A DNA stretch of 64,000 bases from an uncultured Candidatus Saccharibacteria bacterium (GCA_964536745.1 CAZHYL010000003.1:1001-65000), one strand, 5' to 3'; shown: positions 45,577-56,745, numbered from the stretch's first letter. Numbers and translations are program-made. Notes: a model not told the origin generated them from the letters alone.

Positions 45577-46329
45577 ATGAAAAGCAATCCTAAAATTACT
45601 CCCCGACAAGCTAAGGTTTTGGCCTGTATTGTGAAAATAAATTCCGAGACAGGGAAGCCGGTGGCGTCTAAGGATTTAATCGAAAAAGGTTATTTTGACG
45701 TCAGTGGAGCGACCTTGCGTAACGAGATGCAGGCTTTGGAAGAATCAGGACTGATAACTCATCCACATACTTCAAGTGGTAGGATTCCTACCGACGAAGG
45801 ATTCCGGTATTTTGTTAACCAGCTTATGGATAGGGTTCAGTTGTCTGTTAGAGAGCAGCAAACTTTGCGCCAAGAAATTTTGCGCCTTCAAGCTGTGAAT
45901 GCAGAAATCGGTCGTAGGTTGGCAAAAATTCTTTCCATGCATTCTTCACAAGCTTCTTTTGCTATTTTGCCGGAAGAGGTTTCATCTACAGGCATTTCTA
46001 ATATTTTGGAAAGTGATCAGTTGCCTGTCGAAGATGCAAGAGAGATTGCTAAGTTCTTCGATAACTTAGACGATTACGCAGATCAGATTATGGCAGATTA
46101 TTCGGATAAATCACCACAAACTTTTATTGGCAAAGAGCTAACTTTATCTCGCGGCAGTGATTATTCGATGATTGTGTCTGGCGTACAACTCCCTTCAGGT
46201 AAAAAAGGGGTGATCGGATTAATTGGGCCAAAGAGTATGAAGTATCCTAAAAATATTTCACTGATGGAATATATTTCTAAATTCCTAGGTGGTGGCTCGG
46301 CAGTAATATTAATTTCACTAATTACATAA
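45577..46329 (+). CDS. hrcA: Heat-inducible transcription repressor HrcA (short form).
   Basis: N-terminal winged-helix 'LTPRQAKVLACIVKINSETGKPVASKDLIEK…ATLRNEMQALEESGLITHPHTSSGRIPTDEGFRYFV'. Genomic context fits. Confidence 0.8.
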   Translation: MKSNPKITPRQAKVLACIVKINSETGKPVASKDLIEKGYFDVSGATLRNEMQALEESGLITHPHTSSGRIPTDEGFRYFVNQLMDRVQLSVREQQTLRQEILRLQAVNAEIGRRLAKILSMHSSQASFAILPEEVSSTGISNILESDQLPVEDAREIAKFFDNLDDYADQIMADYSDKSPQTFIGKELTLSRGSDYSMIVSGVQLPSGKKGVIGLIGPKSMKYPKNISLMEYISKFLGGGSAVILISLIT

Positions 46330-46820
46330 TGGACAACGACGAAAAATTAGAGTTTGAAGAGAGTGATTTAACTCGCAAGCTCGAAGAATCACAAGAAGAA
46401 GCCAAGACCAATTTAGCAGGTTGGCAAAGAGCTCAAGCAGACTTTGAAAATTATAAAAAGCGTGAAGAGGCAAAGCAATCAGAAATTCTAGAATTCGCTA
46501 AAGAGGTGACGATTGTAAAACTATTACCAACTCTCGATGCTCTGCATCAAGGGTTAAGGCATGCACCTGCGGGGGTTGATGAAAAATGGCTTGCAGGAAT
46601 TAATGGCACATTAACACAGTTGGATAAAGTTTTAGCTGAAATGGGTGTAAAAAAGATTGAGGCCTTGGGGAAACCGTTTGATCCACACTTCCACGAAGCA
46701 ATTCGGGAAGTTGCAGGGGATGAAGATGGGATTATTGTAGAAGAGATGCAAAGTGGCTTTGAGCTTAACGGTAAGGTTATAAGACCAAGCCAAGTAGTAA
46801 TAAGTAAGAAAGGGAATTAA
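46329..46820 (+). CDS. grpE: Nucleotide exchange factor GrpE.
   Basis: Coiled-coil N-terminus, 'LLPTLDAL' and a C-terminal β-domain. 163 aa, in the operon. Confidence 0.75.
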   Translation: MDNDEKLEFEESDLTRKLEESQEEAKTNLAGWQRAQADFENYKKREEAKQSEILEFAKEVTIVKLLPTLDALHQGLRHAPAGVDEKWLAGINGTLTQLDKVLAEMGVKKIEALGKPFDPHFHEAIREVAGDEDGIIVEEMQSGFELNGKVIRPSQVVISKKGN

Positions 46821-46824
46821 ACAT

Positions 46825-48720
46825 ATGTCAAAAATTATTGGAATCGATTTAGGAACTAGTAACAGTGCAGCTTCTGCAATCGAAGCAGGAAAGCCTGTTA
46901 TCATTCCTGCTGCCGAAGGTACGTCTATCGGTGGTAAGGCGTTTCCATCTTACGTCGCATTTACAAAAGATGGTCAACTATTAGTAGGGGAACCAGCACG
47001 TCGCCAGGCTGTCACTAATCCAGAAGGAACGGTTTTTGAAGCTAAGCGTAAAATGGGAACTAGTCACCGCTACACTATCAATGGTAAGGAGTACTCCCCA
47101 GAACAAATTAGCGCCTTTATCTTGCAAAAGATTAAGCGTGATGCAGAAGCCTATCTGGGCGATAAAGTAGAGAAAGCAGTTATTACTGTACCTGCGTATT
47201 TTGATGATGCCCAGCGTCAGGCAACCAAGCAGGCCGGTGAAATTGCAGGACTAGAAGTTGTTCGTGTCATTAATGAACCTACCGCAGCTGCTTTTGCTTA
47301 TGGGATCGATAAAACTGGAACTCAAGATCAGAAGATTTTAGTGTTTGACCTTGGTGGTGGAACTTTGGATGTTACCATTATGGAATTTTCGGAACATGAA
47401 GAAGATGGTAAACAACAAGCGACCTTCGAAGTTAAATCTACTTCTGGTGACACAGCACTAGGTGGTAAGGATATGGACGCAGCTTTAATTGACTATATTA
47501 CTAGTGAATTTAAATCACAGAGCGGAATAGATATCACTGCCGATAAAATGGCAATGAACCGTGTTCGTGAAGCAGCAGAAAAAGCAAAGATTGAACTATC
47601 GACAACTTTAGAAACTGATATCATTTTGCCTTTCATCGCTCAGAATGATTCTGGTTCCCAGAACTTAGAAATGAAGTTAACCAGAGCTAAGTTAGAAGAT
47701 TTAGTTAAGCCGATCGTTGCGAAGATGCGTGCTCCAGTAGAACAAGCAATAAAAGATGCAGGCTTAACTCCACAGAGTATCGACAAGATTATTCTAATTG
47801 GTGGTCCAACTCGTATGCCAGTTGTTCAAAAATTTGTTGAAGACTATGTTGGTAAGCAGGTAGAACGTGGTGTAGATCCTATGGAAGCAGTAGCAAAGGG
47901 TGCTGCGGTACAAGCAGGTGTATTGGGTGGTGAAGTCCAAGGTAAGGAAATCCTTTTGTTGGACGTTACGCCATTAACTTTAGGTCTTGAAACCTTAGGC
48001 GGTGTACGTACTCCACTAATCGATAGAAACACAACTATTCCAACATCTAAATCACAAGTGTTTTCTACAGCTGCAGACAATCAAACTTCGGTTCAGATTC
48101 ATGTTTTGCAGGGAGAACGAGAGTTTGCTGCAGATAACAAATCACTCGGAACCTTTAATTTAGACGGTATTCCTCCAGCACCACGTGGTGTTCCTCAAGT
48201 TGAAGTAACTTTTGATATTGATGCAAATGGTATTTTGAAGGTTACTGCAAAAGATAAGGCTAGCGGTAAAGATGCACATATTACAATCCAAGGTTCAACT
48301 AATCTTTCCAAAGAAGACGTTGAGCGTATGAAGCAAGAGGCAGAAGCTCACGCTTCGGAAGATCGTAAGCGCCGCGAAACAGTTGATGCTCGTAATGAGG
48401 CTGATACTTTAATTGCCGTATCAGAGAAGACTTTAAAAGATGGAGGCGATAAAGTAAAACCAGAAGATAAAACAGCTGTCGAAACCGCTATTTCAGAATT
48501 GAAGGAAGTACGAGATAAAGATGATGTAGATGCTATCAAATCTAAGATCCAAGCACTTTCTACAGCAATTCAAAAAGTAGGTGCAGCTATGTATGAACAA
48601 GGAACCCAGCAACCTGGTGATGCAGGAACAGTAGATCCTAAAGAAAAAGAGATTTCTGATGAAGAGAAACCAGTAGATGCAGAATTTACAGAAGTTCCAA
48701 AAGACGGAGAGCAGAAGTAG
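46825..48720 (+). CDS. dnaK: Chaperone DnaK (Hsp70).
   Basis: '[13 protein letters not shown]', '[11 protein letters not shown]', '[11 protein letters not shown]' and the '[15 protein letters not shown]' linker. 631 aa. Confidence 0.9.
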   Translation: MSKIIGIDLGTSNSAASAIEAGKPVIIPAAEGTSIGGKAFPSYVAFTKDGQLLVGEPARRQAVTNPEGTVFEAKRKMGTSHRYTINGKEYSPEQISAFILQKIKRDAEAYLGDKVEKAVITVPAYFDDAQRQATKQAGEIAGLEVVRVINEPTAAAFAYGIDKTGTQDQKILVFDLGGGTLDVTIMEFSEHEEDGKQQATFEVKSTSGDTALGGKDMDAALIDYITSEFKSQSGIDITADKMAMNRVREAAEKAKIELSTTLETDIILPFIAQNDSGSQNLEMKLTRAKLEDLVKPIVAKMRAPVEQAIKDAGLTPQSIDKIILIGGPTRMPVVQKFVEDYVGKQVERGVDPMEAVAKGAAVQAGVLGGEVQGKEILLLDVTPLTLGLETLGGVRTPLIDRNTTIPTSKSQVFSTAADNQTSVQIHVLQGEREFAADNKSLGTFNLDGIPPAPRGVPQVEVTFDIDANGILKVTAKDKASGKDAHITIQGSTNLSKEDVERMKQEAEAHASEDRKRRETVDARNEADTLIAVSEKTLKDGGDKVKPEDKTAVETAISELKEVRDKDDVDAIKSKIQALSTAIQKVGAAMYEQGTQQPGDAGTVDPKEKEISDEEKPVDAEFTEVPKDGEQK

Positions 48721-48937
48721 GCAATAAAAAAGAGCATCATCGAAGGGGTTTCGGTGATGCTCTGTTGCGCGTTTGGGCAGGGTTAGGTCTGTAACATTGA
48801 AGTGTTAGTTTAGAGTCGTTACAGATGAAGGAATGTGGTTATACAAACAACTGTTTTAGGATAAGCTGCTTGAAAGAAGGTGACAACTGAATGATTTTCC
48901 TACTCTCCAAAGCGGGATGGTAGAACAACTCTAAAGA

Positions 48938-49003
48938 TTAGAGCGACCAGTAGGAGAGTAGAGGTGAGTACTCTCCGAGATCAATGTTTTCTGCCATAGG
49001 CAT
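48938..49003 (-). CDS. Tiny ORF (21 aa, MPMAENIDLGEYSPLLSYWSL) with a strong GAGGAGG RBS, antisense to the dnaK-dnaJ transcript. Speculative.
   Basis: Manual translation. RBS GAGGAGGAAA directly upstream of ATG. Lies in the GC-rich insert 48721-49355. Confidence 0.2.
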   Translation of the reverse strand: MPMAENIDLGEYSPLLSYWSL

Positions 49004-49093
49004 TTTCCTCCTCAAGGATATAAACAAACGAGAGTTTTCCGTTCTCTCAAAACCTGAAGGCTCCCTTAAACCTTCTTATATGGATCACCTCCG

Positions 49094-49282
49094 TTAGGGA
49101 ATGGGCGCAAGGTTGATTCTGCGTATTGGTTTACCAGAATTGTCGTATTGGTTGATTGGTCGTTTTCTTTTGAGTTCAATTTTCCAACCAATGGTTTCGC
49201 GGCTCATGATTTTTAGAGCCTCTATGTCGGAATCAGAAAAAACTTTAGGAAAGTTCTTTCTGGCAGGCAGTGCTGAGCCCAT
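49094..49282 (-). CDS. Small ORF (62 aa) antisense within the dnaK-dnaJ intergenic insert, with a GGGAGGG RBS. Possible small DNA/RNA-binding protein. Speculative.
   Basis: ORF-track entry. RBS GGGAGGGAAAAATCT-ATG. Confidence 0.25.
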   Translation of the reverse strand: MGSALPARKNFPKVFSDSDIEALKIMSRETIGWKIELKRKRPINQYDNSGKPIRRINLAPIP

Positions 49283-49355
49283 AGATTTTTCCCTCCCGTA
49301 AATGTAATATAGCTTACATTTAAATTATACTCCTCAAAATATTAATAAACAAATT

Positions 49356-49652
49356 ATGAACAATAATAATCCACAGCAGAACCAGATTCAAATTAAAGCT
49401 GATGACGTTAAGTTAGCAGGTAGTTATGCTAATATGATGCAGGTATCTCATACCAAAGAGGAGTTTGTACTAGATTTCGTAAGTCTATTTCCTCCTTCTG
49501 GGCAATTAGTATCACGCATTTTGGTTAGTCCGGCTCATGCCAAGCGAATCATGTTGGCTCTAGAGGAAAATATTAAAAGATATGAATCACAGTTTGATAA
49601 AATTAAAGATACCGAAGAGGAAAAACCAGCCTTTGGTTTTAAGACAGAATAA
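49356..49652 (+). CDS. Conserved-looking small hypothetical protein (98 aa) between dnaK and dnaJ.
   Basis: ORF starting 9 nt upstream of dnaJ. No family assigned with confidence. Confidence 0.45.
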   Translation: MNNNNPQQNQIQIKADDVKLAGSYANMMQVSHTKEEFVLDFVSLFPPSGQLVSRILVSPAHAKRIMLALEENIKRYESQFDKIKDTEEEKPAFGFKTE

Positions 49653-49660
49653 CATTTATA

Positions 49661-50821
49661 ATGGCGCAAAATTATTACGAGACATTAGGAGTAGATAAAT
49701 CTGCAACAGCCGATGAAATTAAAAAGGCTTATCGCAAATTAGCTCATAAATATCATCCAGATAAAGGAGAGGGGAACGATACAAAGTTTAAAGAAGTCAA
49801 CGAAGCGTATCAGGTACTATCTAATCAGGAAAAACGCAGTCAGTACGATCAGTATGGACAGACTTTTGATCAAGCTCAACGAAACGGTCAGGCACACCCT
49901 GGTGGTGGTTTTGGTGGTGGTCCGTTTGGGGCTGGCGGATTTGATTTCTCTGGTTTTAGTTCTGGCGGTGGGGTTGAATTTGATTTAGGCGATATCTTCG
50001 GTGATATTTTTGGCTCACGTTCAGCACGGCAAGCTCGTAGAGAGCGTGGGATCGATTTAGAAATGCCTTTGACGATAACTTTTGAGGAAGCGGTTTTTGG
50101 TGTTGAAAAGAGCATCACTTTAGAAAAGAAAGATGCGTGTAAGACTTGTGAGGGTACTGGAGCAAAAGCAGGTACAAAAGTAGTCACTTGTAGTGTATGT
50201 CATGGTCAGGGTCAGATTCGTTCACAGCGTCAAACCATATTCGGTAATATGGCTACCAGCACAATTTGTGAGAAATGCGAAGGCAGTGGTCAACTTCCAG
50301 AAGATCCTTGTGAGACATGCAAAGGCAGTGGAATTAAGAGACAAGAGAAAACTATTGAAGTAAAAGTGCCCGCTGGTATAGACGATGGTCAACGTGTAGC
50401 TGTACGAGGTGAAGGAGAAGTGGGGTATAGAGGGTCCAAAGCCGGCGACTTGTTTTTATCTATAAGGGTAAAGCCTCATAAGGAATTTAGCAGGCGTGGA
50501 TACAATTTGTACAAAGATTTACCGATTAGTTTTACTCAAGCTGCTTTGGGAGCAAAGGTAAAGGTTGAAACCCTCGATGGGGCGATAGAATTAAAAATCC
50601 CTAGTGGAACTCAATCTGGGCAAGTTTTTAGGGTTGCTCATAAAGGGGTTCCGGTAATTAATTCAAGTAAGCGGGGAGATTTATACATCACTGTTCGCGT
50701 GATTATCCCTAATAAACTCTCTAAACAAGAAACAGAATTACTTAAAAAGTTGGGCGAGTTAAATGGTGAGACCGTCGAGGTTAATAAAAGTTTTTGGGAA
50801 AACATCAAAGACAGTTTTTAG
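49661..50821 (+). CDS. dnaJ: Chaperone DnaJ (Hsp40) with J domain, G/F region, four CxxCxGxG zinc-finger repeats and the C-terminal substrate-binding domains.
   Basis: '[31 protein letters not shown]', a Gly/Phe-rich region, and 'CKTCEGTG…CSVCHGQG…CEKCEGSG…CETCKGSG'. Confidence 0.9.
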   Translation: MAQNYYETLGVDKSATADEIKKAYRKLAHKYHPDKGEGNDTKFKEVNEAYQVLSNQEKRSQYDQYGQTFDQAQRNGQAHPGGGFGGGPFGAGGFDFSGFSSGGGVEFDLGDIFGDIFGSRSARQARRERGIDLEMPLTITFEEAVFGVEKSITLEKKDACKTCEGTGAKAGTKVVTCSVCHGQGQIRSQRQTIFGNMATSTICEKCEGSGQLPEDPCETCKGSGIKRQEKTIEVKVPAGIDDGQRVAVRGEGEVGYRGSKAGDLFLSIRVKPHKEFSRRGYNLYKDLPISFTQAALGAKVKVETLDGAIELKIPSGTQSGQVFRVAHKGVPVINSSKRGDLYITVRVIIPNKLSKQETELLKKLGELNGETVEVNKSFWENIKDSF

Positions 50822-50891
50822 GACTTGATTAGATTCAGGGGTGGTGGTAAGCTATCGAGGTTGGAAAAAGTTGAACTATCCAGGAGGATTT

Positions 50892-51167
50892 ATGCTGAGA
50901 ACCGATGCGGAAGAAATAGAGAGACAACTACAGATCTTAGACAAAACAGGAACAGACCACAGAAAATTACGGGAGGAAGCAATTGCCGAAGGTTATAAGG
51001 ACGAAAGGTGTCCGGGAGAAGGATGTGGTCGTTTGTATTTAGCCCACGCTCATTTTGTTTATTGTGAATTACAAGGTGAGTGTCCAATGGTCTCTAAATC
51101 ACTTCGTCATGAGGATGGAACACCAAAAACCATGCTAGACATGATGGTAGAAGGTCAGCCTGCTTAG
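50892..51167 (+). CDS. Hypothetical Cys-rich (zinc-ribbon-like) protein. The start was chosen after the AGGAGG RBS.
   Basis: 'CPGEGCGR…CELQGEC'. A terminator-like hairpin follows the stop. Confidence 0.4.
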   Translation: MLRTDAEEIERQLQILDKTGTDHRKLREEAIAEGYKDERCPGEGCGRLYLAHAHFVYCELQGECPMVSKSLRHEDGTPKTMLDMMVEGQPA

Positions 51168-51224
51168 CAGGCTTTTTTTATGCTATAATTAAACAAATTT
51201 CGTTTTAGAAATTAAAATAAAAAA

Positions 51225-51773
51225 ATGGACAGTTTTAGTGATTTGCAAGTTTTTATTAGAACCTTCAATTGGCATTCTCCATCGTGGGATTTGTTTATAA
51301 TTCTGTTTTGGTTAGTAGCAAGTGTTATCTATGCACTTTCTGCAGGGAGGGGCAGGATTCTAACAATCTTGGTAAGCGTGTATATGAGCCAGTTGTTAGT
51401 TAAAGAAATGCCATTTTTGTCTGAAGCGGTTTCTGGAAAATTAGACGTTGCTACACCGACCTTGCAACAGCTCTTGGCTTTCGTGGTAATTTTTGTGATC
51501 TTATTTATATTTCTTGGTCGCTATGCTTTTAAAAGTTCTGCGGATGGAAAGCAGTTTAGCGCAGTCGCATTTTCTTTAATATTTGCAGTCTTGCAAGTTG
51601 GTTTGTTAGTGAATATAGTTTTGAATTATCTACCAGATCAGGTAAAGAATGCGTTTTCTCCTCTAATATCATTTATCTTCCTGCATCCATACAGTAATTT
51701 TGTATGGTTATCACTGCCAGTTTTATTCCTAGTTATCGTTGGCAGATTTATTTCAGACCGACACGAAGTCTAA
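51225..51773 (+). CDS. Integral membrane protein (about 5 TM), hypothetical.
   Basis: Hydrophobic ORF. Confidence 0.45.
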   Translation: MDSFSDLQVFIRTFNWHSPSWDLFIILFWLVASVIYALSAGRGRILTILVSVYMSQLLVKEMPFLSEAVSGKLDVATPTLQQLLAFVVIFVILFIFLGRYAFKSSADGKQFSAVAFSLIFAVLQVGLLVNIVLNYLPDQVKNAFSPLISFIFLHPYSNFVWLSLPVLFLVIVGRFISDRHEV

Positions 51774-51786
51774 TTAATCCATTTAT

Positions 51787-52104
51787 ATGAAAAAGATTTT
51801 AGAACAAAGTCCAGATATGACCATAAAGCTATGGTTGGTCGGAATTATTATGTTGATTATTGGGGTAGGTTCAGGAGTGGGCTTATCTAAACTAAAAGGA
51901 ATGGAGTCAAGCGCAAGCTCTCCTTGCAGTAGGGAACGGGCCTTTGTATTGGGTTTTGTTAATCAACTTATTTCTCAATATACTAGTCATGGTGTTGCAA
52001 TTCCAGATTACAAGATGGTTTTACTCGAGGATGCATATGCTAACATGGTCTCCATCTGCGATGAAAACAGAATGGCAAGTAATTTTATAAATATTAGGCT
52101 TTAA
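51787..52104 (+). CDS. Small membrane-anchored protein, hypothetical.
   Basis: N-terminal TM (LWLVGIIMLIIGVGSGV). Confidence 0.4.
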   Translation: MKKILEQSPDMTIKLWLVGIIMLIIGVGSGVGLSKLKGMESSASSPCSRERAFVLGFVNQLISQYTSHGVAIPDYKMVLLEDAYANMVSICDENRMASNFINIRL

Positions 52105-52189
52105 ACAAAACTTTAGAGCTCATTAATTGACAAATAACTAAAAAATAGCTAAAATAATAAGCTATTTTTTTTATTTATTAGATACATTT

Positions 52190-55100
52190 ATGGAAGAAAA
52201 TCATAATCAATTTTCGGCTAAAACAAGCCTAAATTACAGGTTTGTAAGTTACTTCTTGAACAACCCGCAAATTACATTGTTGTTGTTTTTGAGTTTGTTA
52301 ATTACAGGTGTTGCTGCTTTTTTTCAGCTTCGAGTTGAAGGGTTCCCAGAAGTAAAAATACCTGTTGCTGTTGTGACTACCGTTGTGCCAGGTGCTGGTC
52401 CAGAAACAGTAAGAACTACTGTGAGTGAGCCGCTTGAAAATAGTCTGAAAGACTTAAAAGGTCTAAGTGAAATTAGTTCTACTTCGCAAGCTAATTTTTC
52501 TGTGCTAGCTCTAACATTTGAAGAAGGTGTGGATATTAATTTAGCAGTTCAGGATGCAAGAAATAAGGTTGCGAGCGCAGACTTACCAGATGGAATCCAA
52601 CAACCGAACATAGTTGTCCCAGAAACCGGTAGGGCACCATTTTATATTGCAGTAACTGGAGGAACAGATTTGTTGTCTTTGCGAAAAGCTTCACAAAATT
52701 TAAAAACTGAAATTTTAGCATTAGATGGAGTAAAATCTTTTACAGAAATTTCTGGAATTGATGAAAAGATCTATATTGATTTACCCCCACAGTATCAGCT
52801 GCCACAGGTAGTAGAGCAGATTAAAGCCAGTAACATTGGTTTTCCATTGGGAGAAGCTGTAATAGATGGAAGGCAAATTCCTGTAGTTGCTTCTACGGAT
52901 GTTAAATCCTTGGAGGATGTTAGAAATATCAGGATTACCCTGCCAGATGGACAGCAGAAATTACTCGCGGATATAGCGCAGGTTTACAGGGGTGTAGATT
53001 ATGCAGATAAGGTTCATCGAGTGGGGTACTTTGATGAGCAGTTTAATCAATTCAAAATTCAGCCAGCAGTATTATACGAAGTTAGCTTGAAAAAGAACGC
53101 TGATTTATTAGATCTTACAAATGAGGTCGAGAAAGTTGTAGAAACTGTAAAGCCCTCCGATAATAAAGTTGATTATGCAATCGTCTTAAATTCTGGGAAG
53201 CAGTCCCAGCATCAAGTTAATGAAATTGTAGAGGCAGCTATTGGTGGGAAGTGGGACACAAACAGTCCAATAGGCTATATTGGCTTATTGTTTGGTGGTG
53301 TTTGGCTGTTAGTGTTGGGGATGCTTCTATTGCTTGATTGGAAGACTGCTCTTATTTCTGCTTTAGCAATTCCATTATCATTTTTAACCACTTTCTTAGT
53401 TTTGTACGTCACTGGTATTCAGATGAATACTTTGGTGCTGTTTTCTTTTATTTTAGTGCTTGGTTTAATTGTTGATCCAGCAATAGTTGTGTTGGAATCT
53501 ATACGTCGTTACGTTGATATTGGTTATCAGGGTAAAGAAGGTGTCTTGCGTTCTGTAGAAGTTATTGGTTTAGGTTTATTTATTGCTGTTTTAACTTCCA
53601 TGATTGTATTCATACCTTTTGGTTTGGTTTCTGGTACTTTTGGACAACTTATTAGTTATATTCCTTGGACTGTGCTTCCTGCGTTAATTGCTTCTTATTT
53701 CGTGCCGTTAATTTTCTTAACTTGGTTAGGGTCAAAGTTTATTAAGCCTGAAAAAGAAACTCACTTACGAGACGAAGATGATGTTCATACTTTATGGCCA
53801 ATTGCGCAGTGGTTTATTAAAGCTAATAAGTATGTGTTGCAAAGAAAGGGTTTGCAAATTCTTGTTGTTCTTCTTGGTTTAATTATCCCAATTGGCGTTA
53901 CTGTACTTTTGTTCGCTACCGATCAGGTAAGACAAGTGCAGTTTGCTCAACCAGATGACAGCAACTATATTCAACTATCCATACCTCGTCCCACCAACCA
54001 GACATATCGAGAGTTACTTATTCAATCCACTGATACTGAAAACATTCTAAAGAAATACGCAGGCGATATTAATAGCTTCTTTTATCAATCCTTAAACGAA
54101 TCTACTGGTGGTTCTTCTACACTTAGTGTGTTTATAGAGCTTAAGCCTATCGCAGAACGTGATGAAAAATCTTCTGAAATAGTGAAGAAAATTCAAGCAG
54201 ATCTCCAAGGTAAGTTTGGCGAACGGGCTTTGGCCAGTGAGATTGCAGCTGGTCCTCCAGGGGCGTCTTACCCAGTGAGTGTAAAGGTGTTTGAAAACGA
54301 CAATAATAAGTTGGCTGTTGCTTCAGAAAAAATTGCTCAAGAACTCCGCTCTTATAAAGAGGTAAGTTTGGTAGTAACAGATTTTCAAAGCCAAAGCAGA
54401 GAGCTTGTTGTGAAGGTGGATTCTGAACGAGCAGTTTCAAAGGGACTATCTGCGCCACAAATATATGGTCAAGTGGCTGGTTTATTAGGGGAAAGCACCT
54501 TATTCCGTTTAGAAGAGACAAGTGTTGTGTTGAGGGTCCCAGACGACACCAAGCCAACAACCAAAGAAGCATTACTTGCAAGTTTAATTTATGGGCCAAC
54601 AGGACCAGTAGTCCTGGGTGATGTTGCTTCTGTAGCAGAGTCGCAGGTAGCTTCTTCAATTCGCAGCTTAAATGGTGAGAGATACGCAAGTGTAAATGCA
54701 CGCGTTAAGGATTCTAGGGATGCGATTAATGTTCAGCGTAAAATCGATGACTGGGCCAACAATAACACCTCCGCATTGGGAGTAAATGAAAGAGCGTTTG
54801 AGCCACGCTCTGGAGTTAACGAATTCGAAAAGTCATTCCAAGAGTTGTTCATTGCTATCTTTTTATCAATCTTGGTAACTTATATGGCATTTGTAATTTT
54901 CTTCCGTAGCTTTGCTCAACCGTTTATCATTCTATTTGCTATCCCGTTAATTTTAATTGGTGTGTTCCCAGCCCTTGCAATATTTACAGGTGGCCAATTT
55001 GGGTTCTTGGAAACCATTGGAATATTAATGGTGATTGGTATCGCAGAAAATGTTGGGATTTTCTTAATTGATTATGCTAACAGAAAAGTTAAATCTGGGA

Positions 55101-55423
55101 TGGATAAAAAAGAAGCCATTGCGATCGCTTCTGGTATTCGACTTCGTCCAATTATCTTAACCAAGGTTACTGCACTCGCAGGGTTACTTCCTTTGGCTGT
55201 CTTTTCTCCGTTCTGGCGAGGCCTTGCTCTGGTGGTGATTTTTGGAATCTTAAGTTCTGGTATATTATCTTTGTTTACAACCCCAGTTTTGTATAATTGG
55301 TTTACTAGAGTTAAGAAAGAAAAACCTGAAGAATCATCTGTTGGTCAGGATGAGCCTGTACAGTTTGGTTATGCTAATGGTTCAACAGAGCCGACTACCT
55401 TACCACCGAATTTACCTATATAG
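52190..55423 (+). CDS. RND-superfamily efflux transporter permease (AcrB/HAE1-like, 12 TM plus two periplasmic loops). No adjacent membrane-fusion partner.
   Basis: The AcrB-type N-terminus '…FPEVKIPVAVVTTVVPGAGPETVRTTVSEPLENSLKDLKGLSEISSTSQANFSVLALTFEEGVDINLAVQDARNKV…' is present. 1077 aa with two 6-TM bundles. Confidence 0.8.
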   Translation: MEENHNQFSAKTSLNYRFVSYFLNNPQITLLLFLSLLITGVAAFFQLRVEGFPEVKIPVAVVTTVVPGAGPETVRTTVSEPLENSLKDLKGLSEISSTSQANFSVLALTFEEGVDINLAVQDARNKVASADLPDGIQQPNIVVPETGRAPFYIAVTGGTDLLSLRKASQNLKTEILALDGVKSFTEISGIDEKIYIDLPPQYQLPQVVEQIKASNIGFPLGEAVIDGRQIPVVASTDVKSLEDVRNIRITLPDGQQKLLADIAQVYRGVDYADKVHRVGYFDEQFNQFKIQPAVLYEVSLKKNADLLDLTNEVEKVVETVKPSDNKVDYAIVLNSGKQSQHQVNEIVEAAIGGKWDTNSPIGYIGLLFGGVWLLVLGMLLLLDWKTALISALAIPLSFLTTFLVLYVTGIQMNTLVLFSFILVLGLIVDPAIVVLESIRRYVDIGYQGKEGVLRSVEVIGLGLFIAVLTSMIVFIPFGLVSGTFGQLISYIPWTVLPALIASYFVPLIFLTWLGSKFIKPEKETHLRDEDDVHTLWPIAQWFIKANKYVLQRKGLQILVVLLGLIIPIGVTVLLFATDQVRQVQFAQPDDSNYIQLSIPRPTNQTYRELLIQSTDTENILKKYAGDINSFFYQSLNESTGGSSTLSVFIELKPIAERDEKSSEIVKKIQADLQGKFGERALASEIAAGPPGASYPVSVKVFENDNNKLAVASEKIAQELRSYKEVSLVVTDFQSQSRELVVKVDSERAVSKGLSAPQIYGQVAGLLGESTLFRLEETSVVLRVPDDTKPTTKEALLASLIYGPTGPVVLGDVASVAESQVASSIRSLNGERYASVNARVKDSRDAINVQRKIDDWANNNTSALGVNERAFEPRSGVNEFEKSFQELFIAIFLSILVTYMAFVIFFRSFAQPFIILFAIPLILIGVFPALAIFTGGQFGFLETIGILMVIGIAENVGIFLIDYANRKVKSGMDKKEAIAIASGIRLRPIILTKVTALAGLLPLAVFSPFWRGLALVVIFGILSSGILSLFTTPVLYNWFTRVKKEKPEESSVGQDEPVQFGYANGSTEPTTLPPNLPI

Positions 55424-55489
55424 TGTTTATAAATAGCGCACAAAACTTTGTGCGCTAGAATGTGACCGCTATTTAAAGGAGGAATAATT

Positions 55490-55891
55490 ATGTCTGCTGA
55501 AACTGATGAAAAGGGTAGATTCTACTTAGATTTCGAGATTCATGAATGCTGGCCTGGCGAAACAGCATCCCTAAGGGTCTATGCTGACTCAATGATTTCA
55601 GGTTTATTTTTTAATCAACGAGGTGAGTTTGTTGGGCACAAGGATCGTCATCTTAAGAATGTTGTCGTATTGAGAGCTAGACAAGCTGACGGTGAGCTTC
55701 ATACATTTGAGGTCAGTATGGAGAGTTGGTTGAATGCCGTGATTTACACACTTATGGCAACACCGTTGATAGAGAGTGATCCAAGACTAGTGTTTATCGA
55801 ACAGATAAGGACCAGTATTATTGAAGAGGATAACGGCTTTAGCTACTTACAGTTCCACAATATTAATCTGCGAAAAGGACGTCCAGATTAA
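55490..55891 (+). CDS. Hypothetical protein (133 aa).
   Basis: AAGGAGG RBS. A strong hairpin (AGCGCACAAA-AC-TTTGTGCGCT) upstream terminates the RND gene. Confidence 0.4.
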   Translation: MSAETDEKGRFYLDFEIHECWPGETASLRVYADSMISGLFFNQRGEFVGHKDRHLKNVVVLRARQADGELHTFEVSMESWLNAVIYTLMATPLIESDPRLVFIEQIRTSIIEEDNGFSYLQFHNINLRKGRPD

Positions 55892-56745
55892 TTTTGCCAC
55901 CTAGCGAATATGCCAGTCGATATTAATCGGCTGGTTTTTTGTTTTAAGACAAGTTCCCCGAATTCAATAGAACCGCCTTTGTGTGCAAGAGCATCTTCCA
56001 TTATGTTGTTTAGGGAAAGAGCCGAAGAGTTTGTAGCGTAGCCATTAACAAGCAAAAATTTTGCTTTCGGACTTAAGAGGTTCACACAATCTGTTAGGAG
56101 TTTTGGTAGATCGCGATTAAACTTCCAAGTTTTGCCAGTTGGTGAGTGGCCGAATGCAGGAGGATCCATAATTATGCCATCATATTTTTGACCTCGTTTT
56201 AATTCTCTCTCTACAAATTTCAAAGCATCGTCTAAAATCCAACGAATACTATCGGAAGGAAAGACATTAGCTTCTTGATTTTCTTTGGCCCAAGCAATAC
56301 TAGGTTTACTAGCATCTACATGAGTTACAAAATGACCGAGCTTGGTTAGTACCATAGTGGCACCACCAGTGTATCCAAAAAGGTTTAATAGTCTTAGCTC
56401 CTGACCTTTTGGCGCAACTTCTTCCAGCCATTCCCAGTTAGCAGCTTGTTCGGCAAAAATCCCAGTGTGCTTAAAAGGGGAGAGTTTGGCGACTAAAATA
56501 ATATCTTTCACTCGAACAAACCAAGATTTTGGAACCTTAGTTTTGATTACCCATTTCCCACGTTCCCCAGTAGACTCAAATTTAGCATCCGCTTTGATCC
56601 ATTCACTTTGAGGGAGGGACTGTGGCCAGATAATTTGTGGATCTGGTCTGGCAAGGCGATATTGACCCCATTGTTCTAGGCGCATACCATTTCCTGTATC
56701 TAGCAGTTCGTAGTCTAAAAAGTTTTTGAAGGATTCAAGTTTCAT
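55888..56745 (-). CDS. Class I SAM-dependent methyltransferase of the RlmI/RlmK/RsmD type (DPPxF motif), probably an rRNA methyltransferase.
   Basis: 'LNLFGYTGGATMV' (SAM-binding Gly motif) and 'GIIMDPPAFGHS'. Confidence 0.55.
   Translation of the reverse strand: MKLESFKNFLDYELLDTGNGMRLEQWGQYRLARPDPQIIWPQSLPQSEWIKADAKFESTGERGKWVIKTKVPKSWFVRVKDIILVAKLSPFKHTGIFAEQAANWEWLEEVAPKGQELRLLNLFGYTGGATMVLTKLGHFVTHVDASKPSIAWAKENQEANVFPSDSIRWILDDALKFVERELKRGQKYDGIIMDPPAFGHSPTGKTWKFNRDLPKLLTDCVNLLSPKAKFLLVNGYATNSSALSLNNIMEDALAHKGGSIEFGELVLKQKTSRLISTGIFARWQN

Noticed and set aside
49084-49094. GGATCACCTCC motif as a possible 16S rRNA 3' end
   Set aside because: Only the 11-mer matches. The flanking sequence does not match the conserved 16S 3' domain, so it is a coincidental anti-SD-like motif inside the dnaK-dnaJ insert.
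52190-55423. RND pump as part of a tripartite efflux operon
   Set aside because: No membrane-fusion or outer-membrane-factor gene is adjacent. The upstream genes are small membrane proteins. Reported as a standalone RND permease only.
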